61,611 nt of DNA from Roseateles sp. (GTDB lineage Bacteria > Pseudomonadota > Gammaproteobacteria > Burkholderiales > Burkholderiaceae_C). Every line of letters starts with the position of its first letter. Position 1 is the first letter of the stretch. This document shows, one piece after another, positions 60,268-61,611 of this stretch. The stretch covers positions 1 to 61,611 of the forward strand of contig NZ_JANNMI010000199.1 of assembly GCF_031397715.1 (NCBI RefSeq), read 5' to 3'. The position numbers and the translations under genes were made by a program. The notes under the pieces were generated by a model that did not search any database, had not been told where the DNA came from, and saw only the letters and a list, made by a program, of their open reading frames with translations.

Positions 60268-61107
60268 ATGCACGCTATCCCAACGAATCAGGTTCTAGCC
60301 CAGAGTCAAGCCATTGACACGTCCATGGACGCGGATGCCGAACGTCGCTTTGGTGGCCTGCGCCGGCTCTATGGCGATGCCGACTACCGGCACTTGCGCG
60401 CAGCACATTTTGCGGTCGTCGGGCTGGGCGGCGTCGGGTCCTGGACCGTCGAGGCGCTGGCGCGAAGCGGGGTGGCGGCGCTGACCTTGATCGATTTTGA
60501 CCAAGTCGCCGAATCCAATATCAATCGCCAAGTTCAGGCGTTGGGGTCGACGCTCGGCATGGCGAAGGCGGAAGCGCTGCGGCGCCGCATTCATGACATT
60601 CATCCTGACTGCAAGGTTCGCATCATCGAAGAGTTTGTCGATGAGCAAAATTGGCCGGCGATGTTGGACGGGGCCGACACCCAGTTAGATGGCTTGGTTG
60701 ATGCCTGTGACCAAGTTCGAGCCAAGGCTCATTTGGCGGCATGGGCGCTGCAGCAGGGCTTGCCCTATGTTGTGGTTGGTGCGGCTGGCGGCAAGCGTGA
60801 GCCGCATCTGCTGAGCATCGAGGATTTAGCGGACACCACGCATGACCCCTTGCTGGCCTCCTTGCGTCAGCGCCTGAGGCAGCATCATGCGGCGCCGCGC
60901 AAAGGCCGGATGGGCCTGGCCTGTGTGTTCTCGCGCGAAGCCGTGTTGCGCCCGATTGCGCAAGAAGGTGCGGCTTGCGCTGTGGACGGCAGTCTGAATT
61001 GCCATGGTTATGGCTCCAGTGTCACGGTGACTGCCAGCTTCGGCATGGCGGCTGCCGCCGAGCTGATCAAGGTTCTTCTGCAAAATCTGCACAAGACTCT
61101 TGCGTGA
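60268..61107 (+). CDS. tcdA: tRNA threonylcarbamoyladenosine dehydratase (ThiF family)
   Basis: RRFGGLRRLYG, GLGGVGSW, SNINRQ, CVFSRE, LNCHGYGS. Confidence 0.88.
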   Translation: MHAIPTNQVLAQSQAIDTSMDADAERRFGGLRRLYGDADYRHLRAAHFAVVGLGGVGSWTVEALARSGVAALTLIDFDQVAESNINRQVQALGSTLGMAKAEALRRRIHDIHPDCKVRIIEEFVDEQNWPAMLDGADTQLDGLVDACDQVRAKAHLAAWALQQGLPYVVVGAAGGKREPHLLSIEDLADTTHDPLLASLRQRLRQHHAAPRKGRMGLACVFSREAVLRPIAQEGAACAVDGSLNCHGYGSSVTVTASFGMAAAAELIKVLLQNLHKTLA

Positions 61108-61146
61108 CAAGCTAAATTAAGATTAGAATGGTGAGCTTCGCTTGAT

Positions 61147-61222
61147 GGGTCGTTAGCTCAGTTGGTAGAGCAGCGGACTTTTAATCCGTAGGTCGCAGGT
61201 TCGAGTCCCGCACGACCCACCA
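61147..61222 (+). tRNA. tRNA-Lys (UUU)
   Basis: 76-nt cloverleaf, anticodon loop CTTTTAA, TTCGAG T-loop, encoded CCA. Confidence 0.97.
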
Positions 61223-61332
61223 TATCTAGCCTAGGTTAGTATGAAAGCACTGTAAAGTGAGTTTATACTAAACATAGATTATAATTAGAATAGGTTAGTT
61301 CGCAAATATAATAGCGAGTTAAGCAAAGAGTA

Positions 61333-61408
61333 GGGCTCTTAGCTCAGTTGGTAGAGCAGCGGACTCTTAATCCGTAGGTCGAGTGTTCGAGTCACTCAGG
61401 GCCCACCA
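61333..61408 (+). tRNA. tRNA-Lys (CUU)
   Basis: 76-nt cloverleaf, anticodon loop CTCTTAA, encoded CCA. Confidence 0.97.
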
Positions 61409-61429
61409 CTCAATCCCGCATGGGGCTTG

Positions 61430-61463
61430 AAAAGCCTGCTATCGAATCGGTAGCAGGCTTTTT
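61430..61463 (+). terminator. Intrinsic terminator after the tRNA-Lys genes
   Basis: AAAAGCCTGCTATCG-AAT-CGGTAGCAGGCTTTT followed by further Ts. Confidence 0.85.
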
Positions 61464-61611
61464 GCTTTTCCAAGCCGTTGGTTTTTCTAAGCTGACCGTC
61501 AAGGCCCGCAGCTCGTTGGCGGCGCCAGATTGACGCGCGATATCCTGTTGGCGAGCCGACCTCGGTCGGTACATTTTGTCCTGCCGAGATTGCGCCGTGA
61601 AAGCAACTCTT

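Overview
A GC-rich betaproteobacterial chromosomal window; gene content and order suggest Burkholderiales of the Rubrivivax/Roseateles/Paucibacter type (inference). The left half holds the 3' end of fliA, a soluble chemoreceptor, a dense phosphorelay/c-di-GMP cluster (GGDEF, REC-PAS-GGDEF-EAL, Hpt, two histidine kinases, a REC-ANTAR regulator, a degenerate EAL-HDOD protein) and the flgBCDEFGHIJKL / flgA-flgM-flgN-like flagellar genes. The middle holds parA-like, scpA and metG genes, a ~400 bp intergenic cluster of DnaA boxes and IHF sites, and minCDE. The right half is mostly housekeeping (dusC, yciH, dbpA, glnS, LytS/LytTR pair, DUF853 ATPase, yebC, purD, hemF, nadD, rsfS, rlmH, maf, rng, tolB-pal-cpoB, tcdA, two tRNA-Lys). 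It is interrupted between yciH and dbpA by an AT-richer two-gene island encoding a PtuA-type ATPase and a PtuB-type HNH nuclease (Septu / retron-Ec78-like effectors) with no reverse transcriptase. Three families of small repeats are visible: a 104-bp MITE with TIRs and a 5-bp target duplication, a palindromic repeat inserted in frame inside two coding sequences, and a tandem 57-58 bp hairpin element at the yebC promoter. No CRISPR array, rRNA, transposase or integrase was seen. All family assignments come from motif recognition, not database searches.
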